A stretch of 64,000 nt of DNA, from positions 13,461-77,460 of the forward strand of contig CAIWXI010000156.1 in NCBI GenBank assembly GCA_903916595.1, given 5' to 3'. The position numbers and the translations under genes were made by a program. The first letter of the stretch is position 1. Each line of letters opens with the position of its first letter. The notes under the pieces are model-generated. The model did no database searches. It saw nothing but the letters and a program-made list of their open reading frames with translations, and was not told the origin of the DNA. The DNA is from an uncultured Bacteroidales bacterium. GTDB lineage: Bacteria > Bacteroidota > Bacteroidia > Bacteroidales > FEN-979. Below are positions 1 to 10,981 of this stretch, piece after piece.

Positions 1-3000
1 TCAACGATATCGGCTTTTTCTACAGGGTAGTCGAAGTCAACAGGAATTTCCATGGCCCAGGTTAATCCGGTGACAGATCGGTAATAAAAACTCTGCGCGG
101 GATTTGATGCGTCATCAAAAGTGTCAAAATAACCCGGATCAGCTTTGCCCGTTGAAGGCTGATCTTTCATATGAACCTCTTGCGCCCTGTTCTGATTACA
201 GAAAATGAACGGGTTGAAGGGAGCTGCACCTATGCTGCTTTGAGGTGTAGACAAGTGAACCGTCACAGTCTGAATCGAAGTTACTACCGTATAGCCGTCG
301 AGCACAGTGTTGATAATGCCACGGCCAAGCAGGGTGTTCACTGCATCAATCGGGATCACAACTGTTTGATTGGCATGGCCTGCTTCATAACCTTTCGGGT
401 CAATTTCAACGGCCGTCCCAAGTTTGATGCATCCTGATACACTTTCAATATTTGCGGGCAGTGTATTTAATGAAAACCCAAAACCATTGTTGAAGGCAGC
501 GCCTACTGCCTTGATTTTGAATTGGCTGACCAGATCAACCACTTTGTTTTCGGCATTGGTGACGATTTTGTACTGAAAATTCATAACCAGGTCATTACAA
601 TCATAATCACCATATGAAGGCCACAAATCTTCAAAGACAAAAGTGCCGAAATCAACCTCATTGGGATAATACGAGTTAAAAGCGCGGCTTGCATCCAAAG
701 GATAAGCATCATTATCATCAGAAACTCCATCTCCGTCGGTATCAGCAGCTGATGGCGGATTGATGGTGATAACCAGAATTTTATCATCTGTCCCGGCAGT
801 ATTCGTAGCATGGAGGGTAACATGGGTTGTACCAGCGGTAGTTGGGATTCCGCTGATTACCCCATCAAGGTATGTCAGCCCCGATGGCAAAGGGGAAGCG
901 GTGTAGCTGATGGGTGTGGTGCCTGTTGCTGTGATGTTATACGAAAATTGCTGGTTGGCAATTCCAACTACCAGCAACGAACTTGTGATGACAGGTGGTG
1001 TTGCGGCCTGGATAATTGTGATGGTAAGCACTTTACTGTCGGTTCCGGCTTCGTTTTGAGCAGTAAGGGTAACATTAAAAATTCCGGCTTCTGACGGGAC
1101 CCCCTGAATGGAGGACCCGTTAAAAGTAAGACCAAGCGGGATTCCTGACGCTACAAATACTACAGGGGATGTTCCGGTTGCTGAAATAACATAGGTAAAT
1201 TGGACCCCTGTAGTTCCGGAAGCAGTGAGCGCGCTGGTTATTGCCGGAGGTATCAGAGGAACATTCACGGTTAAAACGAGGGTCTTGTTATCCGAACCAA
1301 CCGCGTTTGTTGCTGTAAGCGGAATATTATAGGTTCCTGCAATTGTGGGTGAACCGCTGATGACAGCGCCGGTACGCGTAAGCCCGGCAGGAAGCGTCCC
1401 CGTCGAGTAGGTTATGGGCGCCGTTCCTGATGCCGATATCGTATAACTGAATGGCTGATTGGCTGTGCCGCCAGCAATTACAGGACTGGTAATCACAGGC
1501 GGAGATCCGGGTGAGGCAACGGTGATTACCAGTGTTTTGGAACCGGTTCCCCAGTTGTTATCGGCTGTAAGTGCGACATTAAAAGTTCCTGCGGCAGCCG
1601 GACTTCCACTTATGGTCGATCCGCTGAATGTTAATCCCCCCGGGAGTCCCGTGGCGTTATAGGTTATTATCGGAGTGCCGGTAGAGGTTAAGCTATAGCT
1701 AAAAGGCTGACCGACTGTCCCGCCGGCGGTTGAAGCACTGGTGACAACCGGTGGAGTTGGTGTGCTGCAGTTGGGAACGGGTATCGTAACTGCACAATAG
1801 GTTACAGTTGGAGCAATGGTACCTGACTTCGGAGTTATTCCGGCAGGGGCACAAAGATCTATATAATTTGTGATGACACATCCACTTACAGTTTTGCTTT
1901 CATAATATGTGTTGATAGCTTTAATCTGCGCCTTTGGCTGTGACCCGCCGGAAGGGCCAAAAAGATTGCCTTCAATACTGAACTTCTTGCACTCAATCAA
2001 ACTCCCGCTGCCCAGAGTAGTTGTAGCGCCTGCAATAGTCTTGAATTCGAGAGGGACTTTGATATAACCATTGTTGATCAATTCGTGATTCTGTGTAAAT
2101 TCACTGGAACCGGTAAGGATTATTGAACAATCGTTGGTAATCCTGCCCAGGCTGCCAACAACCACTCTCCCCTGTACAGTAAAAGGCCCCTGATTGAGAA
2201 AAGTTCCGTCAACAGTAATATATCCGTTGACTGATGCGGTATTATAGTTGTTCAGGGTTCCAGTTACATCCACTGCGCCAACCCAGTCGCCCGTGAAAGT
2301 AATTGTTCCGTAGTTGTTAATGGTTCCTTTTACATTTCCGTTCGTGTAGGTCAGGGTTGAACTGTAATTATTCAAAATGCGTCCATCATTGTCATAATCA
2401 GAAGTCGGGAAAAGTGTTCCCCCAGGCGAAATGATAATAGTACCCCCGGTGCCTTTTACAATGCCGAAAAACGTAAGAGTTCCACATACTTTAATCGAAC
2501 CTCCGCTATTTAAGGTGAGGTTTCTGAAGGTAGCTGATGTTCCGGCAGCCACGCAAATCATCTCTCCCGCATTGATGATCAGGTCTGAAACGGTTCCGAC
2601 CTTTGTTGAAGTACAGCCGCTGCTGCAATCAGGCGCTGCATCGGCTGATTTAACTAAAAGCGGTTTGCCAAAATCATACTCGAAGTTCGTTCCGCTTATC
2701 GGCACCGCAACATAGCTGGTTCCGCTTGCTGAAACTTTTCCGACATACAATTCTTTCAGTCGCGAAGGTACCCTGAGTGTTGTTTTATACTGTTGGTTTA
2801 CATCCGTGGCCCCGGTGGCGATACGTTTCCCGTTGTAAGCAGGGTTGCCTTCAAATATCTGTATTACATGTAAGGATTGAATTCCCGTGTTTGATACGGC
2901 AATATTGACATTAAGCGTGATAAAATTTTCAAACTCAAAATTTGAAGCAACTTTCAGCTCGGTAAATTTTTTCGGGATCGACAGATTTTCACTGGATGTC

Positions 3001-3089
3001 GTTTTTTTGCATCCGGTCTGCATCAGAAAGGATCCGGCTAAAAGTATTAAAATAAGGATAGGATTGATTGTTCGCAATTTGCTTTTCAT
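1..3089 (-). CDS. Large surface lipoprotein, C-terminus runs off the window. It has a signal peptide with lipobox, a Gly/Thr/Asn-rich beta-helix-like region, four He_PIG-type Ig-like repeats, a DxDxDG calcium-binding motif and an LruC/DUF4842-like C-terminal domain.
   Basis: Hand translation of the minus frame starting at ATG 3089-3087 gives [27 protein letters not shown]. The three stretches checked codon by codon (1-60, 1860-1920, 2941-3089) contain no stop, and none was noticed elsewhere in the frame. The ORF track omits it because it has no in-window stop. The motif [17 protein letters not shown] followed by [20 protein letters not shown] is typical of LruC-domain proteins. Confidence 0.75.
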   Translation of the reverse strand, partial: MKSKLRTINPILILILLAGSFLMQTGCKKTTSSENLSIPKKFTELKVASNFEFENFITLNVNIAVSNTGIQSLHVIQIFEGNPAYNGKRIATGATDVNQQYKTTLRVPSRLKELYVGKVSASGTSYVAVPISGTNFEYDFGKPLLVKSADAAPDCSSGCTSTKVGTVSDLIINAGEMICVAAGTSATFRNLTLNSGGSIKVCGTLTFFGIVKGTGGTIIISPGGTLFPTSDYDNDGRILNNYSSTLTYTNGNVKGTINNYGTITFTGDWVGAVDVTGTLNNYNTASVNGYITVDGTFLNQGPFTVQGRVVVGSLGRITNDCSIILTGSSEFTQNHELINNGYIKVPLEFKTIAGATTTLGSGSLIECKKFSIEGNLFGPSGGSQPKAQIKAINTYYESKTVSGCVITNYIDLCAPAGITPKSGTIAPTVTYCAVTIPVPNCSTPTPPVVTSASTAGGTVGQPFSYSLTSTGTPIITYNATGLPGGLTFSGSTISGSPAAAGTFNVALTADNNWGTGSKTLVITVASPGSPPVITSPVIAGGTANQPFSYTISASGTAPITYSTGTLPAGLTRTGAVISGSPTIAGTYNIPLTATNAVGSDNKTLVLTVNVPLIPPAITSALTASGTTGVQFTYVISATGTSPVVFVASGIPLGLTFNGSSIQGVPSEAGIFNVTLTAQNEAGTDSKVLTITIIQAATPPVITSSLLVVGIANQQFSYNITATGTTPISYTASPLPSGLTYLDGVISGIPTTAGTTHVTLHATNTAGTDDKILVITINPPSAADTDGDGVSDDNDAYPLDASRAFNSYYPNEVDFGTFVFEDLWPSYGDYDCNDLVMNFQYKIVTNAENKVVDLVSQFKIKAVGAAFNNGFGFSLNTLPANIESVSGCIKLGTAVEIDPKGYEAGHANQTVVIPIDAVNTLLGRGIINTVLDGYTVVTSIQTVTVHLSTPQSSIGAAPFNPFIFCNQNRAQEVHMKDQPSTGKADPGYFDTFDDASNPAQSFYYRSVTGLTWAMEIPVDFDYPVEKADIV
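752..1757 (-). repeat. Four tandem in-frame coding repeats of about 252 bp (84 aa) encoding He_PIG / dystroglycan-type cadherin-like Ig domains.
   Basis: Each translated unit follows PPV(I/V)TS...G..FSY.(I/L)(T/S)A(T/S)G..P(I/V).(Y/F)...(G)LP.GL(T)....G.ISG.P...G.(F/Y)N(V/I).L.A.N..G(T/S)(D/G).K.L.(I/L)T(V/I). Confidence 0.7.
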
Positions 3090-3219
3090 CGAGTTTTTTT
3101 TAGGTTGTTTTGCGAAGGTATACTATAATCAACCGGATCCAGGTTGCAATTTGTTTTCGTCGACAGAATCTTTTGTTCTGTGTATAATAACCCAGGTTTT
3201 GTGTAAATCAGAGAACTCC

Positions 3220-3418
<199 letters not shown>

Positions 3419-3419
3419 T

Positions 3420-4214
3420 TCAAACCCTCGCTTTTCCATGCCAGCGATAGTCTCCTTCAATGCTTGCGATGCCTTTGCCCATAATGGTTTTTGCCAGGAT
3501 CACCGTGGGATGGGTCAGCTCGAGCCGGGCTTTGTTGAACGCGCCGGGCAGCGACCTGAAATCGTGGCCATCGCATTCCACTGCCTGCCAGCCGAAGGCT
3601 TCCCATTTCTTCTTCAGGGGTTCCAGGGCCATCACGTTCTCGGTGCTGCCATCGATCTGAAGCCCGTTCCGGTCGATGATCGCCACCAGGTTGTTCAGTT
3701 TGTGATGGGCTGCTGCCATGGCGGCTTCCCATATCGAGCCTTCCTGCAGCTCCCCGTCGCCGCACAGACAGTAAACCCGGTTCTCAAGCCCGTCCATTTT
3801 GAAAGCGAGAGCCAGTCCGACCGAAACTGAAAGTCCCTGCCCCAGTGAACCGGCCGAAAGTTCAAGTCCCGGCAGCCCGTGGTCTCTCCCGGGATGTCCC
3901 TGCAGTCTGCTGCCAGGCTTGCGCAGGGTCAGCAACTCTTCTTTCGCGAAATACCCGGCTTCGGCCAGGGTGGCATACAATACCGGTGCAATATGCCCTA
4001 TCGAAAGTATGAACCTGTCGCGGCCCGGCCAGGCAGGTTCATCGCTGCGGTGGTGCATTACCGAGAAATAAAGCGTTGTAAGTATGTCGGCCGAGCTCAA
4101 CGACCCTCCCAGATGACCGGAACCGGCTTCGGCAAGGCTGATTACCACCGACTCTCGTATGGATATTGCCAGCGCTCTCAGCTCTTCAGCTTCGTTGGTG
4201 AGGGGGAAATTCAT
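3420..4214 (-). CDS. Transketolase N-terminal (TPP-binding) subunit of a split transketolase.
   Basis: Motifs [18 protein letters not shown] and GDGE..EGS.WEA are present. The ATG at 4214 ([10 protein letters not shown]) is preferred over the track start at 4274 because it abuts the lolA stop at 4216. The protein ends abruptly at WHGKARV. Confidence 0.85.
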   Translation of the reverse strand: MNFPLTNEAEELRALAISIRESVVISLAEAGSGHLGGSLSSADILTTLYFSVMHHRSDEPAWPGRDRFILSIGHIAPVLYATLAEAGYFAKEELLTLRKPGSRLQGHPGRDHGLPGLELSAGSLGQGLSVSVGLALAFKMDGLENRVYCLCGDGELQEGSIWEAAMAAAHHKLNNLVAIIDRNGLQIDGSTENVMALEPLKKKWEAFGWQAVECDGHDFRSLPGAFNKARLELTHPTVILAKTIMGKGIASIEGDYRWHGKARV

Positions 4215-4215
4215 G

Positions 4216-4848
4216 TTAACGCATATCAATGACTTCGACCCCGGGGAATTTTTTTGCGTCAAAAGTAAAATCATTGGCGCCCACCGGAAGATCGGTCTGG
4301 AAACGGGTGATTGTATAGGTAAATATATTCCCGTTCTTATCGAAGATCATAAACGACTTCACCTGCAGCTTTGCCTTGTCAACAGCCAGAATCGCCCGGG
4401 TGAAATTCTTTACCGCATTGGGAACCAGTTCGATCTTCACGGTACCGGGATCGGTGTTTTTGTCGGTAAGCAGTTTTGATTTGAAGTTGGTATTGTAATT
4501 CGACAGGAGCTTGGATGGAGTCATGGACTCATCTTTATTGTCGAGCGAATTCACCTGCACCTCGTTGGTTTCGGGCATAAAAGTCCAGATGGTCTTTCCG
4601 TCACAGATCACCGTCTGTCCGCTGGCCTGCATCTTGTACTTGTCGCCGCTCAGCAAGAGGGTTCCCTGCTTTTCTTCGCTGATCTTTGCTTTGGCGTTTT
4701 CCATCTTGTAGGCAAAATCGGCCCTGATCGACTTATACGCCTTGGTTTTTGCGCTTACCTGGTCGAGGAGTTCAATGGCTTTCTGGTCTTTCTGGCTGTA
4801 GGCGCTGATTGCAGCCATTGAGAGAAATAAAATAAGGAGCTTCTTCAT
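4216..4848 (-). CDS. lolA: LolA-like outer-membrane lipoprotein carrier protein.
   Basis: 210 aa with a signal peptide (MKKLLILFLSMAAISAYSQ). It shows a LolA-fold sequence pattern and the conserved ftsK-lolA synteny of Bacteroidota. Confidence 0.75.
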   Translation of the reverse strand: MKKLLILFLSMAAISAYSQKDQKAIELLDQVSAKTKAYKSIRADFAYKMENAKAKISEEKQGTLLLSGDKYKMQASGQTVICDGKTIWTFMPETNEVQVNSLDNKDESMTPSKLLSNYNTNFKSKLLTDKNTDPGTVKIELVPNAVKNFTRAILAVDKAKLQVKSFMIFDKNGNIFTYTITRFQTDLPVGANDFTFDAKKFPGVEVIDMR

Positions 4849-4877
4849 ATCGTAATGCTGTTTGTTTGCTGATAAAT

Positions 4878-7394
4878 TTAGTCGTTGCCCATGCTCTGGA
4901 GGTAGGTTTCAAGGGCGTTCGAGTCTTTATACTTGACTTCCCTGGCCTTGCTGCCTTCGAAGGATCCCACAATACCCGCTGCTTCCAGCTGGTCGATGAT
5001 ACGCCCGGCCCGGTTGTAGCCAAGTTTCAGTTTACGTTGCAGAAGGGAGGTGGAGCCGTGCTGATGCTGAACTACCATCCTGGCTGCTTCGGCAAAGAAC
5101 TCGTCGCGTTGGTCGGGGTCAAAATCCTTGCCCGAACCGTTCTCTTCATCGTAGTATTCGGGTAAAGCAAGGGCCGACGAATAGCCTCTCTGTGATCCGA
5201 TGAAATCGGTGAGTTTTTCCACCTCGGGTGTATCCACAAAAGCGCATTGCAGCCTGATGAGGTCACTTCCGGTCGAAAGCAGCATATCTCCCCGGCCTAT
5301 GAGCTGATCGGCTCCTGAAGAGTCCAGAATGGTGCGGGAATCGATCTTTGAGATCACACGGAAGGCGATACGCGCGGGGAAATTAGCTTTAATGGTGCCT
5401 GTGATGATGTTGACGGATGGCCTTTGGGTGGCGATAATAAGATGTATCCCTGTAGCACGGGCCAGCTGGGCCAGCCGGGTCAGTGGCGTTTCAATCTCTC
5501 TTCCCGCGGTCATGATCAGATCGGCAAACTCGTCGATCACCAGCACGATATACGGCAGGAACCTGTGACCATCGTTTGGGTTGAGCTTGCGGTTCACGAA
5601 CTTCTCGTTGTATTCCTTAATATTCCTCACCTGGGCGTCGCGCAGCAGGTCGTACCTTCCGTCCATCTCTATATTCAATGAGTTCAGAGTGCGGATGACT
5701 TTTTTGGTATCGGTGATGATGGCTTCCTCACTATCGGGCAGCTTGGCCAGAAAATGACGTTCTATCCTCGAAAACAGAGTGAGTTCGACCTTCTTTGGGT
5801 CTATCATCACAAACTTGATCTGCGAAGGATGTTTTTTATACAGCAGGGATGTGATGATGGTGTTCAGACCGACCGATTTTCCCTGTCCGGTAGCTCCTGC
5901 CATCAGCAGATGGGGCATCCTGGCCAGGTCGGCGATAAAGGTTTCGTTGGAAACTGTCTTCCCTAGAACGAAAGGCAGTTCAAAAGAGGTGTTTTTGAAT
6001 TTTTCGGAACCCAGAAGCGATTTGATGGAGACGATCTCGGGGTTCTGGTTGGGTACTTCTATGCCGATGGTGCCTTTGCCGGGGATGGGGGCGATGATAC
6101 GGATTCCCAGGGCCGACAGGCTTAAGGCGATATCGTCTTCGAGGTTCTTGATCCTCGAGATACGGATGCCTGCCTCAGGAACGATCTCGTACAGGGTTAC
6201 TGCCGGACCTATGGTGGCCTTGATCTTCGATATCCCTATGTCGTAATGCGACAGGGTGAGAACGATCTTGTCTTTATTGGCTTCGAGTTCTTCTTTTTTT
6301 ACTGCTACCGATTCTCCGCCGTAATCACTAAGCAGGTCCAGGGTGGGAAATTTATAGGTAGGCAGGTCGAGGGTAGGATCGTACAAGGTGTCGAGTCCCT
6401 GTCTGGCTACCGGCCCTTTAACTTCGGGGGCTGCGGCTTCTTCAATCCGTTCTATCTGAAGCTCCAGGCCGGAAGCTACAGCTTCCAGGGGCTTGTCGTC
6501 GCCGGGTAACTCCAGGTCTATGGGCAGAGATGTCTCCGCGGGTTCATCAATAAAGGTGTTGGTATGCGCCTGCTCTGTTTGTTCAGCAGGTACCGCCGCA
6601 ATCACATCCGCAGTCACATCATCAAAAGATTCATTGAGCTTGTCTTTATGTTTCATCCAGCGGAAGGGGATGTTGAAGGCCAGGATGGTAAAACTCAGGA
6701 AAGTGAATGCCAGAGCCATAGCCAGGCCCGAAGCGCCCAGGAAATCGACCAGCCATAAATTCATCTGGAAACCGTAGACCCCGGTGAACAGGACTCCTGT
6801 GCTCACGAAATCAGGAGAGAGGGTTAATCCAAAAAAAACCGGCAGCCACATAACTCCGAAGAAACAGTATTCCATTATTCTCCATGGAGGGAAAATAGTG
6901 ATCCGGAAGAGCCATCTCACACCCCATACCAGCAGTATTACCGGGAAGAGAAAGGAAGCGATGCCGAACCAGTTTGAAATGAACATGTACGAGACCAGAG
7001 CCCCGGTTTTGCCCATCCAGTTCTCGCACCTCAGGTCGCCCGAGCGGAAGGTATCTATATTAAAATGCTTGAAAACAGTGTCGGTATAGCTGTAGTCGGT
7101 CTTCCAGGTCTGCAAATATGAAGCAAATGAGAGGATCAGGTAAAGGCCGATCAAAACGAAAGCAAGTCCCCATACCCTGAGACTGCGGTCTCTGCGCTCG
7201 ATCTGCTGAGGGGTGCGTTCTTTCTTTAGTTTGGGGGGTCTTTCCTTTTTCGGAGGCCTCTCTTTAACGGGTTTTTCTTTTTTGAGCTTCTTTGATTTTA
7301 AAGTTTCCGCCGGCCCGTTTTGAAATACTTCTTCGGAAGAAAAGATTTCCTCCTTAAACGTATTCGATTTTATAGGATTGTATTGTTTCGCCAT
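4878..7394 (-). CDS. ftsK: DNA translocase FtsK/SpoIIIE.
   Basis: 838 aa. N-terminal Lys/Pro-rich region and TM helices, Walker A GATGQGKS, Walker B VLVIDEFADL, and a C-terminal gamma (winged-helix) domain with the motif SLLQRKLKLGYNRAGRI. Confidence 0.95.
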   Translation of the reverse strand: MAKQYNPIKSNTFKEEIFSSEEVFQNGPAETLKSKKLKKEKPVKERPPKKERPPKLKKERTPQQIERRDRSLRVWGLAFVLIGLYLILSFASYLQTWKTDYSYTDTVFKHFNIDTFRSGDLRCENWMGKTGALVSYMFISNWFGIASFLFPVILLVWGVRWLFRITIFPPWRIMEYCFFGVMWLPVFFGLTLSPDFVSTGVLFTGVYGFQMNLWLVDFLGASGLAMALAFTFLSFTILAFNIPFRWMKHKDKLNESFDDVTADVIAAVPAEQTEQAHTNTFIDEPAETSLPIDLELPGDDKPLEAVASGLELQIERIEEAAAPEVKGPVARQGLDTLYDPTLDLPTYKFPTLDLLSDYGGESVAVKKEELEANKDKIVLTLSHYDIGISKIKATIGPAVTLYEIVPEAGIRISRIKNLEDDIALSLSALGIRIIAPIPGKGTIGIEVPNQNPEIVSIKSLLGSEKFKNTSFELPFVLGKTVSNETFIADLARMPHLLMAGATGQGKSVGLNTIITSLLYKKHPSQIKFVMIDPKKVELTLFSRIERHFLAKLPDSEEAIITDTKKVIRTLNSLNIEMDGRYDLLRDAQVRNIKEYNEKFVNRKLNPNDGHRFLPYIVLVIDEFADLIMTAGREIETPLTRLAQLARATGIHLIIATQRPSVNIITGTIKANFPARIAFRVISKIDSRTILDSSGADQLIGRGDMLLSTGSDLIRLQCAFVDTPEVEKLTDFIGSQRGYSSALALPEYYDEENGSGKDFDPDQRDEFFAEAARMVVQHQHGSTSLLQRKLKLGYNRAGRIIDQLEAAGIVGSFEGSKAREVKYKDSNALETYLQSMGND

Positions 7395-7400
7395 GGTTTT

Positions 7401-8081
7401 CTATTCCTTACCACCGATTTTATTTTTCAGTTCAGCTTTTTTAATTACCGTATAGTCGGCAGGTATATCGAATTCTTTGGATGAAATTGCTTTTTTCTCC
7501 ACCGAAGTGGCCGTGAACCGCATGACCATCTCAGACGTTTTCATCGAAAATTCCATCAGAACACCGTCGATATCCTTATACAATCCTTTGTCGAAATTGG
7601 CCTGTTTTCCGCCAAGTTCAGAGTTGTAATACACTTCTATAAGGTATTTCCCGCTTATGTCGTTTACCGTGATCATGGCATGCTTGCATAGGTAGCCGGC
7701 AATGGTTTTGGTTTCATTGCTCAGTTCAACTTTCACGGGGGGCTCTTTGGCTGTTTCCCGGGCAATGTCATCCGCAGTATAGGTAATGGCATATTTCTGG
7801 CCCATCATGTTCAGCAGCTTGATCTTGGTTTTCTCCTGGTGATCGGTGAGTTCAACCCGGTCTCCTCCTCCGGTGAGTATATCGGTTCTTGACCTCGCTC
7901 CTTTGATCATGACGGTAAGCGCTTTGGGGAACAGGCTGAGCTGGCTTTTGGTAAGCTTTTGCCCGGGGTAGCTTATTTTATATGTTATGATGCCTTCGAA
8001 CGGTGGCCCGCCATAGAGATTTGCTGCCAGCAGCAGGGCGGGGATCAGCACAAAAAAAAGGCGGTTTTTGACTGCGTTCAT
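7401..8081 (-). CDS. Hypothetical secreted protein (possibly DUF4412-like).
   Basis: 226 aa ORF with an N-terminal signal peptide (LFFVLIPALLLAANLYG), in an operon position between lepB and ftsK. No catalytic motif recognised. Confidence 0.6.
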   Translation of the reverse strand: MNAVKNRLFFVLIPALLLAANLYGGPPFEGIITYKISYPGQKLTKSQLSLFPKALTVMIKGARSRTDILTGGGDRVELTDHQEKTKIKLLNMMGQKYAITYTADDIARETAKEPPVKVELSNETKTIAGYLCKHAMITVNDISGKYLIEVYYNSELGGKQANFDKGLYKDIDGVLMEFSMKTSEMVMRFTATSVEKKAISSKEFDIPADYTVIKKAELKNKIGGKE

Positions 8082-8103
8082 GAAAGGCGCTGATTGGGGT
8101 GGC

Positions 8104-9618
8104 TTATTTTACGAAATGCAGAAGTTTGCTCCAGCGGATTTTGCCGTTGAACAGGGTTTTGTCAGGATCGAGCGAGAGCCATACGAAGGAGGCTTTTCCC
8201 ACTACATGGTCTTCGGGGACAAACCCCCAGAAGCGCGAATCCATTGAGTTGTGACGGTTGTCGCCCATCATCCAGTAATAATTCATTTTAAAAGTATAGC
8301 TGTCGGCTTCTTTTCCGTTGATGTAAATCCTGCCGTCGCGTACCTGGAGATCATTGCCTTCGAAGACCCCTATGACCCGTTTATAGAACATAATATTCGT
8401 CGGATTGATTTTGATGGTTACACCCGCTTTGGGGACCCATACCGGTCCGAAATTGTCGACGTTCCAGCGGCAGGTGGAGTCGAAGGGGAAGATGTTCGGA
8501 TCCCAGGCGCCTTTTGGCATGATCTCCGGTTCAATGGATTTTACATTACTGAAAAGTTTAATGCCTTCCAGTGAGGCATCTGAGAGCGTGAGTTCATAAG
8601 TCCCGTTGTTATCGGTTGCTATATTCTCGGTAATATCAAGCCGCTCAAGATTTCTCGAATTAATCGGGTTGCCATCGGTATGAACCAGGTATTTGAACTG
8701 CCGTTTTCCCGGGTTCTGCTCTTCTTTGCCGTTGATCAGAACCTTGCGGTCGACAATCTGTATGGTATCGCCGGCTATGCCAATGCAGCGTTTGATGAAG
8801 TTTTCGCGCTTGTCGACCGGCCGGGCAATAATGTCGCCGAAATTCTGGCTGTTGTTCCATACGAAGTCCCGGCCATACTGCCTTACCAGCTGGTAATAAC
8901 TGGCATTGCTCTGAAGCCTGGTCGAGAGGGTATCGCCGTCGGGATAATTGAATACAACTACATCCATGTTCTTTATAGATACATAGCCCGGAAACCTGTA
9001 ATAGGGCAATTTGATCCATTCGAGATACGATTTGGCCGATTCTGTCATCGGAAGCGTATGGTGCACGAAAGGGAATGAAAGCGGGGTGTTGGGAGCTTTC
9101 GGACCATAGCTCAGTTTGCTTACAAACAGGTAATCTCCTACAAGCAGCGTTTTCTCCATCGAAGAGGTGGGGATGGTATAGGCCTCAAAAAAGAAGATGC
9201 GGATGATGCTCGCGGCGATCACGGCAAAAATTATTGCATCGACCCATTCCCTCACTATGGTTTTTTTAACCGGACTGAGGCTTGAAGGATCGTGATACTG
9301 CTCTGAAGGTGACCAGGCGAGGTAAGGCAGGTAGACAAACGGAAAAAGTACGCCCAGCGCCTGTTCCAGAAGTCCGTATTTTTTGAAACACTTCAGGATC
9401 TCAACGATCATCAGCAAAATCACAAATACGTTGATGAAGGGGATGATCAGAAAGATATACCACCACCAGGGCTTTTTGATTATCTTAAGCCAGATCCAGA
9501 GGTTGTAAAAAGGAATAAGGATTTTCCAGCCTGCTTCCCCGGCTTTGACGAATATTCCCCAGAGTCCGGCAACGAAAGCGGCGGAAAACAATATAGATAA
9601 GATCAGGTAGATGTTCAT
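8104..9618 (-). CDS. lepB: Signal peptidase I, long Bacteroidota form with an N-terminal membrane extension.
   Basis: Catalytic Ser box IPTSSMEKTL and Lys box KRCIGIAGD, plus GDNRHNSMDSRFWGFV. Confidence 0.92.
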   Translation of the reverse strand: MNIYLILSILFSAAFVAGLWGIFVKAGEAGWKILIPFYNLWIWLKIIKKPWWWYIFLIIPFINVFVILLMIVEILKCFKKYGLLEQALGVLFPFVYLPYLAWSPSEQYHDPSSLSPVKKTIVREWVDAIIFAVIAASIIRIFFFEAYTIPTSSMEKTLLVGDYLFVSKLSYGPKAPNTPLSFPFVHHTLPMTESAKSYLEWIKLPYYRFPGYVSIKNMDVVVFNYPDGDTLSTRLQSNASYYQLVRQYGRDFVWNNSQNFGDIIARPVDKRENFIKRCIGIAGDTIQIVDRKVLINGKEEQNPGKRQFKYLVHTDGNPINSRNLERLDITENIATDNNGTYELTLSDASLEGIKLFSNVKSIEPEIMPKGAWDPNIFPFDSTCRWNVDNFGPVWVPKAGVTIKINPTNIMFYKRVIGVFEGNDLQVRDGRIYINGKEADSYTFKMNYYWMMGDNRHNSMDSRFWGFVPEDHVVGKASFVWLSLDPDKTLFNGKIRWSKLLHFVK

Positions 9619-9682
9619 GATGAAGGATATAGTTTACAATAACGTGATTTTTGTTGATTTCTTGCTCTCGGGCAGCGTATTG

Positions 9683-10399
9683 TTAAGAATTCAAAAGGTC
9701 TTTCATTTCAAAAAAACCTTGCTTTCCTTTGAGCCATTCCGCGGCAATCAGGGCACCGAGTGCAAAGCCCTTACGGTTTTTGGCTGTATGCGTGATGACG
9801 ATTGCATCCATTTCCGATTCGTAACGGATGATATGTGTGCCGGGGATATCCTCAGAGCGGTACGACTTGATCCCGACTTCGTCTGGATTTTCCTGGAGTT
9901 CCTTAACCCATTTTTCTTTTCGTTCGTTATAGCGGATGATATCGTTGGCGAGTACTATCGCGGTCCCGCTGGGCGAATCCAGCTTATGAACATGGTGGGT
10001 CTCCTCGATGGATATCTCGTAATTGCCCCAGGGAGCCATCAGCGAAGCGAGAAAACGGTTCAGCTCGAAAAAGAGGTTCACACCGATGCTGAAATTGGGT
10101 GAGAAAAAAAGGCATTTGTTCGTGCTGATGCAGGTCTGCCTGATCTTCTCAATATCTTCTATCCAGCCCGTGGTGCCTACTACTACCGGGATTCCGGCAT
10201 CGAAACAATGCATGATGTTTTCAACGGCTGTCTCGGGAGTAGAGAATTCAATAGCAGCCTCGGCCTCAGCGAGCAGATGGCCTTTGTCCTGCCATTCCTC
10301 GTCACCGTTGATGACCAGCACGATCTCATGGCCTCTCTTTTCAGCAAGTTTATGTATCTCCTGGCCCATTTTTCCATATCCCAGCAAAGCGATCTTCAT
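9683..10399 (-). CDS. dapB: 4-hydroxy-tetrahydrodipicolinate reductase.
   Basis: N-terminal Rossmann motif MKIALLGYGKMG, the motif EETHHVHKLDSPSGTA, and a length of 238 aa. Confidence 0.92.
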   Translation of the reverse strand: MKIALLGYGKMGQEIHKLAEKRGHEIVLVINGDEEWQDKGHLLAEAEAAIEFSTPETAVENIMHCFDAGIPVVVGTTGWIEDIEKIRQTCISTNKCLFFSPNFSIGVNLFFELNRFLASLMAPWGNYEISIEETHHVHKLDSPSGTAIVLANDIIRYNERKEKWVKELQENPDEVGIKSYRSEDIPGTHIIRYESEMDAIVITHTAKNRKGFALGALIAAEWLKGKQGFFEMKDLLNS

Positions 10400-10408
10400 A
10401 GTCTTAAT

Positions 10409-10981
10409 TTAAAAGTGCAACGATAGTTTTATTCCCCCGCCTATCTCCCTGGATGCCACAGGGACCTGTATCGAAGGCCCGATTTTCATGCTCAGGGTCC
10501 TGTTGATATTGAAACTGTAAAGATGAGCATCAACGGTGGCATCGAGGATATTCAACGCATACCAAAGCACGCTTACCAGCACACTGATCTCGAGGTTGCG
10601 GCGGTAAAATTCCCTTGCCGATGCCAGTTCAGTGGCGCTATACCTGTTCGCCAGGTAGGCATAGTTCCCGTTTTTAGCACCGTTAACATTTTCAATATAT
10701 GCGCATCGGTAATCGAGGTAGTAATTGGTATTGAATACTATCAGATAGGCCATCACTCCGAAGCCCGCATAGATGATAGGTACTTTCCATACTTTGTGAT
10801 TGTAGATCTGGCCGAGGCCGGGAAGGCATAGCGACATAATGGATGCTTTGGTGGCAGAATGTTCCTTCTCGAGGGTTGAATCGGGTTTATCTCTGGGGAT
10901 GCTGTCGGTTTGTGCCCGGACCGTTTTAAACGGTAAAAAGGCAAGCCACGATAAGGTAACGGCCAGCATCAGGAATCTCAT
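10409..10981 (-). CDS. DUF5683-like membrane protein.
   Basis: 190 aa with a signal/TM region. The motif PGLGQIYN and its conserved position immediately downstream of parB fit the Bacteroidota pattern. Confidence 0.6.
   Translation of the reverse strand: MRFLMLAVTLSWLAFLPFKTVRAQTDSIPRDKPDSTLEKEHSATKASIMSLCLPGLGQIYNHKVWKVPIIYAGFGVMAYLIVFNTNYYLDYRCAYIENVNGAKNGNYAYLANRYSATELASAREFYRRNLEISVLVSVLWYALNILDATVDAHLYSFNINRTLSMKIGPSIQVPVASREIGGGIKLSLHF

Noticed and set aside
4216-4274. Track starts that create overlaps with upstream genes: transketolase 4274, smpB 29506, GT2 33775, GWxTD 35225, MCP 43955 and the kinases at 40529, 52931 and 53017.
   Set aside because: In each case an internal ATG gives the canonical N-terminus or signal peptide and removes the overlap. 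Several of the track starts I checked by eye (43955, 52931) are TTG rather than ATG; the others were not all checked.
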